Source: Vibrio cholerae ATCC 14035
GTDB lineage: Bacteria > Pseudomonadota > Gammaproteobacteria > Enterobacterales > Vibrionaceae
Direction of reading: 5' to 3'
Length of the DNA: 32,000 nt
Assembly (NCBI RefSeq): GCF_000621645.1
Contig: NZ_JHXR01000009.1
Span: forward strand, 120,001 to 152,000
The notes beneath the pieces are model-generated. The model searched no databases and was not told the origin of the DNA. It was given only the letters and a program-made list of their open reading frames with translations. Shown one piece after another: positions 24,516 to 32,000 of this stretch (positions within the stretch are counted from its first letter, which is position 1; each line of letters begins with the position of its first letter). The position numbers were made by a program, and so were the translations under genes.

Positions 24516-25613
24516 CTAATCGAGCGATTTTTTAAAGCGCAGCGCAGCCAGCATCAATCCAAAGAGAGTAAAGAGCGCGAGCCAGAGCGTATCGCGCCAC
24601 AAGTCAGCTAAATCTGCCCCACGTAATACAATGCCACGGATCAAACGCATAAAGTGAGTCGCGGGGAGCAGTTCAGAGAGCCATTGTGCTGCGGTAGGCA
24701 TTCCTTCATACGGAAACATGAATCCGGAGAGGAGAATGGAAGGAAGTAGAATAAATACTGTCATCTGCATGGCTTGGAGCTGGGTGTTGGCGATGGTGGA
24801 AATGACTAAACCCAAGGTCAAACTGGCAGAAATGAAGAGTAAAGTGCCGAAGAGAATTTGGCTTAACGCGCCATTAATCGGAACGGCAAAAATAAAATGC
24901 CCTAAACCAAGAATAATCGCCACTTGGATCAAACCAACAAAAATGTACGGGACGATTTTTCCTATCATCAACTCAATGGAATGGACAGGAGTGGTGATCA
25001 AAAGCTCCAAATTGCCTCGTTCGCGCTCACGCACAATTGCTGCACTGGTAAACAAGATCATGGTCATGGTTAAGATAACCCCGAGTAATCCGGGAACGAT
25101 ATTCACCGCAGAACGGCGGCTGGGGTTGTAAAGTAAAGTGATTTCAAAAGTGGGCGTTAAAGGTTGGATGCCGAGGGTTGGAAGATCGGTAAGCGGCATA
25201 TTTTTTAGCCCTAACAGCGCGCCTGCGATCATGGTATCTGAACCATCAATCAACCATTGCCCTAATTCACGTTGTTGTTGGCTGCGTGCGACCAGATCGC
25301 TCGGCAAGATCAGCGCTGCGCGAATATCACCACTGGCAATCGCTTTTTCCGCCTCATTAACCGTGAGATAGTGCTGCTTGACGCGGATCACTTGAGTGAC
25401 TTTGACGGATTCCACAAGTAACCGACTGAATGAGGAGTCGCTTTGATCCACCACGCCAATCGGTATATTGCGCACATCGGTATTAATCGCAAAACCAAAT
25501 AGTAAGAGTTGAATGAGTGGGATCATCACAACCATGCCAAAAGTAATGCGATCGCGTGATAACTGACGAAACTCCTTCACCAAGACCGCTTTAATGCGAA
25601 ACAGGCTGTTCAT
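24516..25613 (-). CDS. ABC-2 type transporter permease (YbhR/YhhJ-like)
   Basis: 365 aa with an N-terminal TM, a large periplasmic loop and a C-terminal 5-TM ABC-2 domain. Its start makes an ATGA overlap with the upstream ATPase stop. Confidence 0.85.
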   Translation of the reverse strand: MNSLFRIKAVLVKEFRQLSRDRITFGMVVMIPLIQLLLFGFAINTDVRNIPIGVVDQSDSSFSRLLVESVKVTQVIRVKQHYLTVNEAEKAIASGDIRAALILPSDLVARSQQQRELGQWLIDGSDTMIAGALLGLKNMPLTDLPTLGIQPLTPTFEITLLYNPSRRSAVNIVPGLLGVILTMTMILFTSAAIVRERERGNLELLITTPVHSIELMIGKIVPYIFVGLIQVAIILGLGHFIFAVPINGALSQILFGTLLFISASLTLGLVISTIANTQLQAMQMTVFILLPSILLSGFMFPYEGMPTAAQWLSELLPATHFMRLIRGIVLRGADLADLWRDTLWLALFTLFGLMLAALRFKKSLD

Positions 25614-26536
25614 TGTCGCCCCTTACCTGTGACGGTAACAAAGACATCTTCCAAGCTCGGCCGGGCAAGGGTTAATTCTGCGGCGGCCAATTGAGGAAAG
25701 GTATGGCGAAGCCATAGGATAGGGTCAATAACGTCACGATGGACTAGTACGCGTAAGCGAATGCCGAGCTGTGCAGCTGAGCGAACTTGCGAAAAATTGA
25801 GCAACTTCTCTTTTAGACTCCGCAGCGCCGGAGCTTTTATTTCCACCACATTTACCCCCATCTGCTGCATCAATTTTTCAGGCTCATCGTCAGCGCGAAT
25901 TTCCCCCGCTTCCATAATGGCCAAACGGTGGCAGCGCTCAGCTTCATCCATATAGTGCGTGGTAACCAGAATCGTGGTGCCTTGCGCGGAAAGGTCAAAC
26001 AATTGCTCCCAAAACTCACGGCGGTTCTCAGGATCAACCGCAGACGTGGGCTCATCAAGAAACAGTAACTCAGGGTTATGCATCGTTGCAGCGGCTAATG
26101 CCAAACGCTGTTTTTGTCCACCACTCATGCCTGAAACACGCTGCTTACGTCGTTCATCTAAACCATAAGTTTTGAGTTGCGCTTGGGTGCGCTGTTGTAA
26201 TGTACTGCGATTCATACCGAAAATCTGGCCAATAAACTGCAAATTTTCTTGCACCGTAAGGTCGTCATACAATGAGAATTTCTGCGTCATATAGCCAATT
26301 TTCAAACGCAGCAGTTCGGATTGCTTGGGAATCGAGAGCCCAAGTACCTTGATCTGCCCAGCGGTAGGCTGCAGCAAACCAGTTAACACGCGAATCGTGG
26401 TCGATTTACCGCAGCCATTCGGCCCTAAAAAGCCATAGATGCTGCCGCGTTCTACTTTTAAGTTAATGTTTTCTATAGCGGTAAAGTGCCCAAATTGTTT
26501 GACGACATTTTCGGCATGGATGGCGTAATCGCTCAT
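25610..26536 (-). CDS. ABC transporter ATP-binding protein (single NBD, CcmA/YbhF-type)
   Basis: 308 aa with Walker A GPNGCGKST, signature MSGGQKQRL and Walker B LLFLDEPT. Confidence 0.88.
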   Translation of the reverse strand: MSDYAIHAENVVKQFGHFTAIENINLKVERGSIYGFLGPNGCGKSTTIRVLTGLLQPTAGQIKVLGLSIPKQSELLRLKIGYMTQKFSLYDDLTVQENLQFIGQIFGMNRSTLQQRTQAQLKTYGLDERRKQRVSGMSGGQKQRLALAAATMHNPELLFLDEPTSAVDPENRREFWEQLFDLSAQGTTILVTTHYMDEAERCHRLAIMEAGEIRADDEPEKLMQQMGVNVVEIKAPALRSLKEKLLNFSQVRSAAQLGIRLRVLVHRDVIDPILWLRHTFPQLAAAELTLARPSLEDVFVTVTGKGRQ

Positions 26537-26545
26537 TGCGGCTCC

Positions 26546-27493
26546 TTACGGCAAATCGACTTGGGCGGGCAAACCCGATGGCAGATCCATCGCACTCTCA
26601 GGCAGATCCACTTCGGCCAAATACATCAAACGTGAGCGCTCTTTTTCTGTTAACGCATAGTAAGGAGTAAAAGAAGGCTCATTCGCGACCCAGCGAATTT
26701 TGCCTTGATATTGATCTTTGATGCCGTCCACATGCACGGTCACCGTTTGGCCAACCACAAACGCTGCGCGGTGAGTTGCGGGCACATAAACCCGTGCGTA
26801 CGGTAAGCGGTCGGCTTGCACAATCGCGACCACAGCATTGTTCGCTACGCGTTCACCAAGATGGTAAGGGAGACTATCGAGAATGCCATCGCGGGTGGCA
26901 AGGATAGTCAGTTCATCGAGTTTTTGTTGTTGCAAGGTGACATTGGCTTGGGCTACGGCCAGTTCGGCTTTGGCTTGTTCTATGTCTTCGATTCGAGCTC
27001 CAGCGGTCAATTTAGTGAATTCTTCATGTGCCGACGCCAACTCTGCTTGCGCAGAATCACGCGCTGAGCGTGCAGCATCCACTTCCGATTGACTGATCAA
27101 CCGTTTTGCCACCAACTCTGCTTTACGGTTTAGTGTCAATTCAGCTTCTTTGTGTTGCGCCCGTGCTTTCGCGACGCGAGCTTGGGCAACGGCGATATCT
27201 TCGGGTCGCTCGCCGTTCGTCAGTTTAGTCAATGAGGCCTGAGCTTTGGCTTGTTGTGCCAATGCTTGAGTCAATAGGGTCGTTTGGATCTGGCTATCGA
27301 GCTTGACCAGTACATCACCGACTTTAACGTGCTCGCCTTCTGCGATGGGGAGTTCACGAATGATTTCGTTACTGGTTGCGCTGAAAGTGATGCGATCGCG
27401 CTCTAGGGTTCCTAATGCTTGAGGTGGGTTTTCTGCACTACAAGCACTGAGCAGCAACGCCAGTAGGCTTGCTATTGAGAGAGATTGAATCAT
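26546..27493 (-). CDS. HlyD-family periplasmic adaptor lipoprotein (YbhG/YhiI-like)
   Basis: 315 aa with signal/lipobox MIQSLSIASLLALLLSAC, a long Ala/Gln-rich coiled coil, and flanking beta-barrel segments (GDVLVKLD..., ILATRDGILD). Confidence 0.85.
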   Translation of the reverse strand: MIQSLSIASLLALLLSACSAENPPQALGTLERDRITFSATSNEIIRELPIAEGEHVKVGDVLVKLDSQIQTTLLTQALAQQAKAQASLTKLTNGERPEDIAVAQARVAKARAQHKEAELTLNRKAELVAKRLISQSEVDAARSARDSAQAELASAHEEFTKLTAGARIEDIEQAKAELAVAQANVTLQQQKLDELTILATRDGILDSLPYHLGERVANNAVVAIVQADRLPYARVYVPATHRAAFVVGQTVTVHVDGIKDQYQGKIRWVANEPSFTPYYALTEKERSRLMYLAEVDLPESAMDLPSGLPAQVDLP

Positions 27494-27626
27494 GTGTCCA
27501 CCGCCATTGTGCTCAATAACCTACATCTAAGTGTATGTTGTGATAAAGGATTGTTGCACTGATTATTGGCCAACTCTGTGACAGGTTGAACTGGATTTAT
27601 TCATCAGAAATGAGGCAGTGTGGAAT

Positions 27627-27648
27627 TTGGCTCCCAGCTGGGAGCCAA
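27627..27648 (-). terminator. Perfect palindromic hairpin just downstream of the sdaC-like gene
   Basis: TTGGCTCCCAGCTGGGAGCCAA is a 22-bp perfect palindrome lying 14 bp after the stop codon. No strong U-tract follows. Confidence 0.45.
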
Positions 27649-27661
27649 TCGCGCAGGAAAT

Positions 27662-28915
27662 TTAGCGAAGTAAACTGTAGAGCAAAGCCGAAACGGCGAG
27701 CAATCCAACCAGTAACACGAAGAAAGTGCTGAAACGTTTTTGATGTTCACGCAGGGCGGGCACTTTGAAGACGGCAATCATCGGCATGATGAACAAAATC
27801 ATTGCGATGACTGGGCCCGAAAGCGCCTCCATCATGCCCAAAATGCTTGGATTGAGGATTGCAGCGATCCAGATGGTGACAAATAAAAAGCCGATGGTGA
27901 GACGTTCCGCCAAACCTAGTGATACCCCTAAGTTTTTGGTCAGTAGGCCAGATAAACTTTCACGCGCCCCTAAGAAGTGGCCGAGGAAGGAAGAGGTGAT
28001 GGCGATGAAGGCGACCAGTGGCCCGAGCGTCGCGATGAATGGGTTGTCAGTGACATTGGCCAGATAAGTCAGCACCGAAACGTTTTGCGCTTTGGCTTCT
28101 TGCAGTGCTTGTGGCGAAAGGGCAAGTACACAAGAGAAGACAAACAGCAACACAAACAAAATTAAGATCACGCTAGTGTGGCGCAGAATCTGCTCAGACT
28201 TTTGATCAGCTTGTTCACCATAATGACGACGCTGGATATTGGCAAAACTTGAAATGGCCGCAGCATGGCTGAATGAGAACACCACTACCGGTACGGCCAG
28301 CCATACAGTGTGCAGGAAATCGCTGGTTTGCGGAAAATCAAACGAAGGCATTGACCAGTAAGGGAGCAAATACAGCGAGAGTAGGGCAAGGATCGCCGCC
28401 AGCGGATAAACCATGATGGCAAAAGCGCGCAGCATGATTTTCTCGCCACTGAGCATGATAGCGATAAGCCCAAACACTAAAGCACCAGAAAGTAGTGCGC
28501 GTGGCGGCGATACCATGTCCGCTTGGTTAACCAAGAAACTATCGACTGTGTTGGTAAGGCCAACACCGTAGATAAGCAGAATAGGAAAAATCGATAAAAA
28601 ATAGAGTAGGGAAATCAATCGGCCAGCATTTTGGCCAAAATGTTCTTCGACCACATCAGTAAAATCGGCATTTGGACGACGTGATGAAAGTACAAAACGC
28701 GCCAGTCCACGATGCGAAAGATAGGTCATAGGAAAGGCTAATACTGCCATCAGCACCAGCGGCCAGAATCCGCCTAAACCAATATTGATCGGTAAAAATA
28801 AAATCCCTGCACCTACTGCTGTACCGAATAAGCTCAGTAACCAATAGGTATCATGTTGAGTCCATTTTGAGGAACGGGCAGCACTAAAATGGGTTACTTC
28901 CTGAGAGTCTTTCAC
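27662..28915 (-). CDS. sdaC: Serine transporter, HAAAP family (SdaC-like)
   Basis: 417 aa with a GTG start. There are extensive identical blocks with the remembered E. coli SdaC (GTAVGAGILFLPIN, AVLAFPMTY, HRGLARFVLS, VVEEHFG, SFLGHFLGARE, LNPSILGMMEALSGPVIAMILFIMPM). It could alternatively be a TdcC-type paralogue. Confidence 0.8.
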   Translation of the reverse strand: MKDSQEVTHFSAARSSKWTQHDTYWLLSLFGTAVGAGILFLPINIGLGGFWPLVLMAVLAFPMTYLSHRGLARFVLSSRRPNADFTDVVEEHFGQNAGRLISLLYFLSIFPILLIYGVGLTNTVDSFLVNQADMVSPPRALLSGALVFGLIAIMLSGEKIMLRAFAIMVYPLAAILALLSLYLLPYWSMPSFDFPQTSDFLHTVWLAVPVVVFSFSHAAAISSFANIQRRHYGEQADQKSEQILRHTSVILILFVLLFVFSCVLALSPQALQEAKAQNVSVLTYLANVTDNPFIATLGPLVAFIAITSSFLGHFLGARESLSGLLTKNLGVSLGLAERLTIGFLFVTIWIAAILNPSILGMMEALSGPVIAMILFIMPMIAVFKVPALREHQKRFSTFFVLLVGLLAVSALLYSLLR

Positions 28916-29251
28916 TGAAATCTCACTTCTCTAAAAATAATAATGTGGCGAATCCTACTCCTATTAGTGGTTATGATCATTTTGCGACACTGGTCATAAT
29001 CACTGAAATTTTCCGTATGTGCTTAGTTTGCAAACTATGAAAAATTGAAAAACTCAGGTTATTAATCTAAGTTTGTAGTTTTTGTTTGAAACTAAATACT
29101 AAAATTTTATGTTTTTTAGTAAATTTGATTGTTTGCTTTATTTTTGCTCAATGATAGGTGAGAAGGTGCTTAAACTGGAATCGACACTGGTATGCGGCAC
29201 GCTTTTCGCGCACAATCGCTGTCATAACTCTTCTTATCAATCTTATGAAAC

Positions 29252-30115
29252 ATGCGTACTCGTTTTCCTGCTGAATTGCTGCTTGTTGTGACCACCCTAT
29301 TAGCTGCGGGAGGCTGGGTTTTCTCGAAGCAAGCGATTCAAGAATTGCCCCCGTTTGGCTTTATTGGCTTACGCTTTATCGCGGCCTCGCTTTGTTTGTT
29401 GCCATTTTGCTTGAATGCGTTGAAACAAGCCTCACGGCAAGCGTGTTTACAATCGATGGGGGTCGGGGTTTTACTCGCCGCGTCACTTTTTTGTTGGATC
29501 CATGCCATTTCAATCAGTGATACCTTGGGTGAGGGCGCGTTTATCATGAGCCTCTCTATGTTGTTTGTACCGCTATTGGCATGGCCGATTTTCGGACAGC
29601 GACCGATTCGTGCCTTTTGGCTTTCACTGCCCGTGGCGGTCGTGGGACTATTCTTGTTGGCATGGAATGGCACTTGGCAATTTGCCGCGAATCAGTTGTG
29701 GTTTTTAGCGGCCTCATGTTGTTTGGCGCTGCATTTTAACTTCAATAGCCGTTTCTCAAGCCAGCTTCCGCCTATGTTATTGACGACCTTACAATTGTTT
29801 ACTGCAGGCTGTTTGGGTATCACGTTATCTTGGTTAACTGAAAGTTGGCCTGCGACCATCAGTCTAGTGACCTGGAAGTGGTTTGCATTGAGTGTGTTAC
29901 TGGCCACTAGCTTGCGTTATTTAATGCAAACCATGGGACAAAAGAGTGCCAATCCGACGAATGCGGCGCTACTGATGCTGTTGGAGCCGGTGTGGACGTT
30001 AGTGTTAAGCGTGGTGATTTACCAAGAAACCATGCCATTTAACAAAATGTTGGGCTGTGGATTTCTGTTAGCCTCTTTGCTGTTGTATCGAGTCAGCTTG
30101 CTGCGTTTGCGATAA
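29252..30115 (+). CDS. EamA/DMT-superfamily transporter (10 TM, two EamA repeats)
   Basis: 287-aa highly hydrophobic ORF with an internal duplication typical of the drug/metabolite transporter superfamily. Confidence 0.8.
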   Translation: MRTRFPAELLLVVTTLLAAGGWVFSKQAIQELPPFGFIGLRFIAASLCLLPFCLNALKQASRQACLQSMGVGVLLAASLFCWIHAISISDTLGEGAFIMSLSMLFVPLLAWPIFGQRPIRAFWLSLPVAVVGLFLLAWNGTWQFAANQLWFLAASCCLALHFNFNSRFSSQLPPMLLTTLQLFTAGCLGITLSWLTESWPATISLVTWKWFALSVLLATSLRYLMQTMGQKSANPTNAALLMLLEPVWTLVLSVVIYQETMPFNKMLGCGFLLASLLLYRVSLLRLR

Positions 30116-30143
30116 CTACGGAGCAAAGCAAAAGGCCTCATAT

Positions 30144-30172
30144 AACACCGCCAGCATGACGCTGGCGGTGTT
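30144..30172. terminator. Hairpin between the convergent EamA-family and mgtE genes
   Basis: AACACCGCCAGC-ATGAC-GCTGGCGGTGTT is a perfect 12-bp GC-rich stem, flanked by TATA/TTATA. The U-tracts are weak on both strands. Confidence 0.5.
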
Positions 30173-30197
30173 CGTTATACATTCAATCCAATGCGGG

Positions 30198-31550
30198 TTA
30201 AGCCAATTCAGGTAAGATCAGTTTGGCGATTTCAAAGTAGATGATAAGCCCAGTACCATCGACTAAGGTCGCGATGAGCGGTGCGGAGACTACCGCTGGG
30301 TCGACATTCATACGGCGCAGTACCATAGGAATGACCGATGATACCAGCGCGCTCCATAGCACTATCGCCAGAATCGTTAGCATCACCACCAAACCGATTT
30401 CAGGGCCGACACCCAGCGTCCAAGCACGGATCCACGCAGCCATTGCCATCGCCAGCGCAACCAGTGTGCTGGTTGACAATTCTTTGCGAAGTACGGTGCC
30501 AAGATTGCGTAAACTCACTTCACCGACAGCCATGGCGCGCACTATGGTGGTGGTAATTTGCGTACCACTATTACCACCAGTACCGATGAGTAGCGGAATA
30601 AAGAAGGCGAGGGCGATCGCCGCTTCCAACTGCTCCTCAAAAGAGCGTAAAACCGTGCCCGTGTAGGCTTCCGCCACAAACAGCACCAAAAGCCAGACAA
30701 TGCGTTTTTTCCACAATTGCCAAGGTGACGTTTGTAGATAGCTCGCATCAAGTGGCATGGAGCCACCTTGCATTTCAGCATCTTCCGTGGTTTCTTTTTC
30801 TAAGATACTGACCGCTTCTTCCAGATGGAAAAAACCGACTAACTGCTGCTGATGTACGACGGGCAGCACCGATAAGTTATGCTCAAGCAGCAGACGCGCC
30901 GCTTGTTCTTGGTCAAGATCGGCATCGAGAGTCAGACATTGTGGCTCAATAAGGTCACTCAACGCCTGATCGGAATGCGCCATCAGCAGCGCTTTAGGAT
31001 TGATGGCACCGAGTAACAAACCATGTTGGTTGGTGACATACAAACGATGACGAGCTTGCGGATCTCCCCAAGATTCGTACAGAACCTCTTTGGCTTCGAC
31101 CACAGTTTGTGAGTCGAGAAGCGGTAAACGTTGCGTGTGCATATGCGCTGCAACGCTCTCTTCTCCCCAACGCAGGCGTTCCCGATAACGCTCCGCATTG
31201 ATCGGATTCATCATGTTGAAAACGCCATGCAGCTCATCTTCATTTAAGCTACGTAAGGCTTTTTCGACAACGCGAGGATTGGCGTAAGCCAAGCCAAGAT
31301 TGAGGGCATTGCTATCCATAACACACAATAAATGACCTGCACGGGGAGGAGATAGCAACAGGATCAGTTCAGCCAGTTGTTCACCAGTGAGCTGTTGTAA
31401 AACAAAATGAATTTCTGGTTCGGTGAGTTTGAACAGTTTTTCCACCCACTTATCGCGACGTGAAGAGTGCGCGAGTTTGCGAGCAAATTCATTGAGTTGT
31501 TTCAGTTGTGCTGCCGCAACAACAGAGTGGTTTGTTTTCATTACATTCAT
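30198..31550 (-). CDS. mgtE: Magnesium transporter MgtE (N-domain, tandem CBS, C-terminal 5-TM channel domain)
   Basis: About 450 aa. The ATG at 31550 lies 8 nt after GAGG, whereas the ORF-track start at 31553 is a GTG. The MgtE TM-domain signature IPLLIGTGGNSGTQ is present, and there is a CBS region (LLGAINPKALL...LPVVHQQQLVGFFHLEEAV). An M-box precedes the gene. Confidence 0.9.
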   Translation of the reverse strand: MNVMKTNHSVVAAAQLKQLNEFARKLAHSSRRDKWVEKLFKLTEPEIHFVLQQLTGEQLAELILLLSPPRAGHLLCVMDSNALNLGLAYANPRVVEKALRSLNEDELHGVFNMMNPINAERYRERLRWGEESVAAHMHTQRLPLLDSQTVVEAKEVLYESWGDPQARHRLYVTNQHGLLLGAINPKALLMAHSDQALSDLIEPQCLTLDADLDQEQAARLLLEHNLSVLPVVHQQQLVGFFHLEEAVSILEKETTEDAEMQGGSMPLDASYLQTSPWQLWKKRIVWLLVLFVAEAYTGTVLRSFEEQLEAAIALAFFIPLLIGTGGNSGTQITTTIVRAMAVGEVSLRNLGTVLRKELSTSTLVALAMAMAAWIRAWTLGVGPEIGLVVMLTILAIVLWSALVSSVIPMVLRRMNVDPAVVSAPLIATLVDGTGLIIYFEIAKLILPELA

Positions 31551-31651
31551 CACACATACCTCATGTGACTCAGGACAGACCTGAATTGTTTGAACTTTGA
31601 TGCAAGAAAACAGCAGTAATTGGACGAGCGAAAAGGAAATGGTATGAAAAA

Positions 31652-31820
31652 GGCTTCATCCCCGAGTCCCAGCTTCAGCACTGCACAACGTATTCGCTCA
31701 CGCGAAAGCCACTTGGGTTAACACCTTAATCCGATGAAAACTGTCCTGATCTTGGGCATCTCTGGATGTCGTGAGATCAGTGGCCTATGTTTGTACAGGA
31801 GCCTCGCCTAACGAGATGCT
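31652..31820 (-). promoter_or_regulatory. M-box (ykoK leader) Mg2+-sensing riboswitch aptamer in the mgtE 5' leader
   Basis: The minus strand reads CATCTCGTTAGGCGAGGCTCCTGTACAAAC...GATGCCCAAGATCAGGACAG...TTCATCGGATTAAGGTG...GTTGTGCAGTGCTGAAGCTGGGACTCGGGGATGAAG. These blocks match the conserved cores of the B. subtilis mgtE M-box as I remember it (GTTAGGTGAGGCTCCTGTA, GCCCAA, ATCATCGACATAAGGTG, ACAGTGCTAAAGCTC). The P1 pairing (CATCTC/GGGATG) and the P2 pairing (CTGTACAAAC/GTTGTGCAG) both close. Confidence 0.88.
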
Positions 31821-32000
31821 GTAATTACACAGTATATTTCCCTTTGACAAAAAATAGGCTTGAAGGCCATGACTTCCTCATCAAAAGGATTTTAATGCTC
31901 AACAGCTTGAGCGGCGGGGATTATAGGTGCGATAGATTTGCCAGTGCAAGCCGAAATGTGGTGAAAAATGTAATAGTTACGTAAAGTTTTGGTCAGAACT

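Noticed and set aside
28983-28998. A CRP-like site (TGCGA-N6-TCATA) and a FadR-like CTGGTC motif upstream of the sdaC-like gene
   Set aside because: The CRP match is only 8 of 10 in the half-sites, and the second FadR half does not match at all. An 8-of-9 inverted repeat, TTATGATCA/TGGTCATAA, overlaps the site, but I cannot assign a factor to it.
29109-29291. A 60-aa ORF in the sdaC/EamA spacer
   Set aside because: It starts in a very AT-rich promoter region, has no SD, is Cys/Leu-rich, and runs out of frame into the EamA-family start. It is probably non-coding.
31822-31850. A candidate sigma-70 promoter for the mgtE leader (TTGTCA-N17-TAATTA on the minus strand)
   Set aside because: The predicted start would fall inside the P1 5' strand of the M-box. 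The alternative -10, TATACT (31836-31831), has no usable -35. The promoter therefore cannot be placed from sequence alone.
31787-31984. A 65-aa plus-strand ORF upstream of mgtE
   Set aside because: It overlaps the antisense strand of the M-box 5' end and promoter region. It has no SD and no recognisable domain.
1-32000. A window-wide search for CRISPR arrays, integron VCR/attC repeats, tRNA/rRNA genes, transposase/integrase genes, toxin-antitoxin pairs or defence islands
   Set aside because: None were seen. The only interspersed repeat is the ERIC element. Small ORFs are either shadow ORFs or the single 71-aa orphan. GC content and codon style look uniform apart from the AT-rich promoter spacers.

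Overview
This is a densely coding (about 90%) core-chromosome window with a Vibrio-like gene set. From memory, the order and protein sequences look like Vibrio cholerae chromosome I, but I could not run a search to confirm this.

Genes, left to right:
- sapABCDF peptide/putrescine-type ABC transporter on the minus strand; sapF is cut by the window edge.
- The phage-shock locus: pspF divergent from pspABC, with a sigma-54 promoter and an upstream palindrome.
- A three-gene RND efflux operon with two tandem membrane-fusion lipoproteins (vexIJK-like).
- tag, metC and clsA.
- A 555-bp intergenic region carrying an ERIC/IRU repeat with a 70-bp internal insertion.
- An NSS-family Na+ symporter preceded by a near-consensus TyrR box.
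- An RluA-family pseudouridine synthase.
- A ynjB-ynjC-ynjD-ynjF-like operon, in which an ABC importer is translationally coupled to a CDP-alcohol phosphatidyltransferase.
- hslJ, a ydhL-like DUF1289 gene, and a 71-aa orphan.
- A HlyD/ABC/ABC-2 efflux operon.
- An sdaC-like serine transporter and an EamA/DMT transporter.
- mgtE, preceded by a clear M-box (ykoK) Mg2+ riboswitch.

I found no CRISPR array, tRNA or rRNA gene, integrase, transposase, prophage or recognisable defence island. I do not see a convincing wholly new multi-gene system here.

The items most worth follow-up are:
- the uncharacterised ynjBCD-ynjF module;
- the M-box, which has no obvious terminator-type expression platform;
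- the TyrR-box/NSS transporter pairing;
- the ERIC element with its insertion.

All start codons, motif matches and family assignments come from reading the sequence and from remembered homologues. No database search was run.
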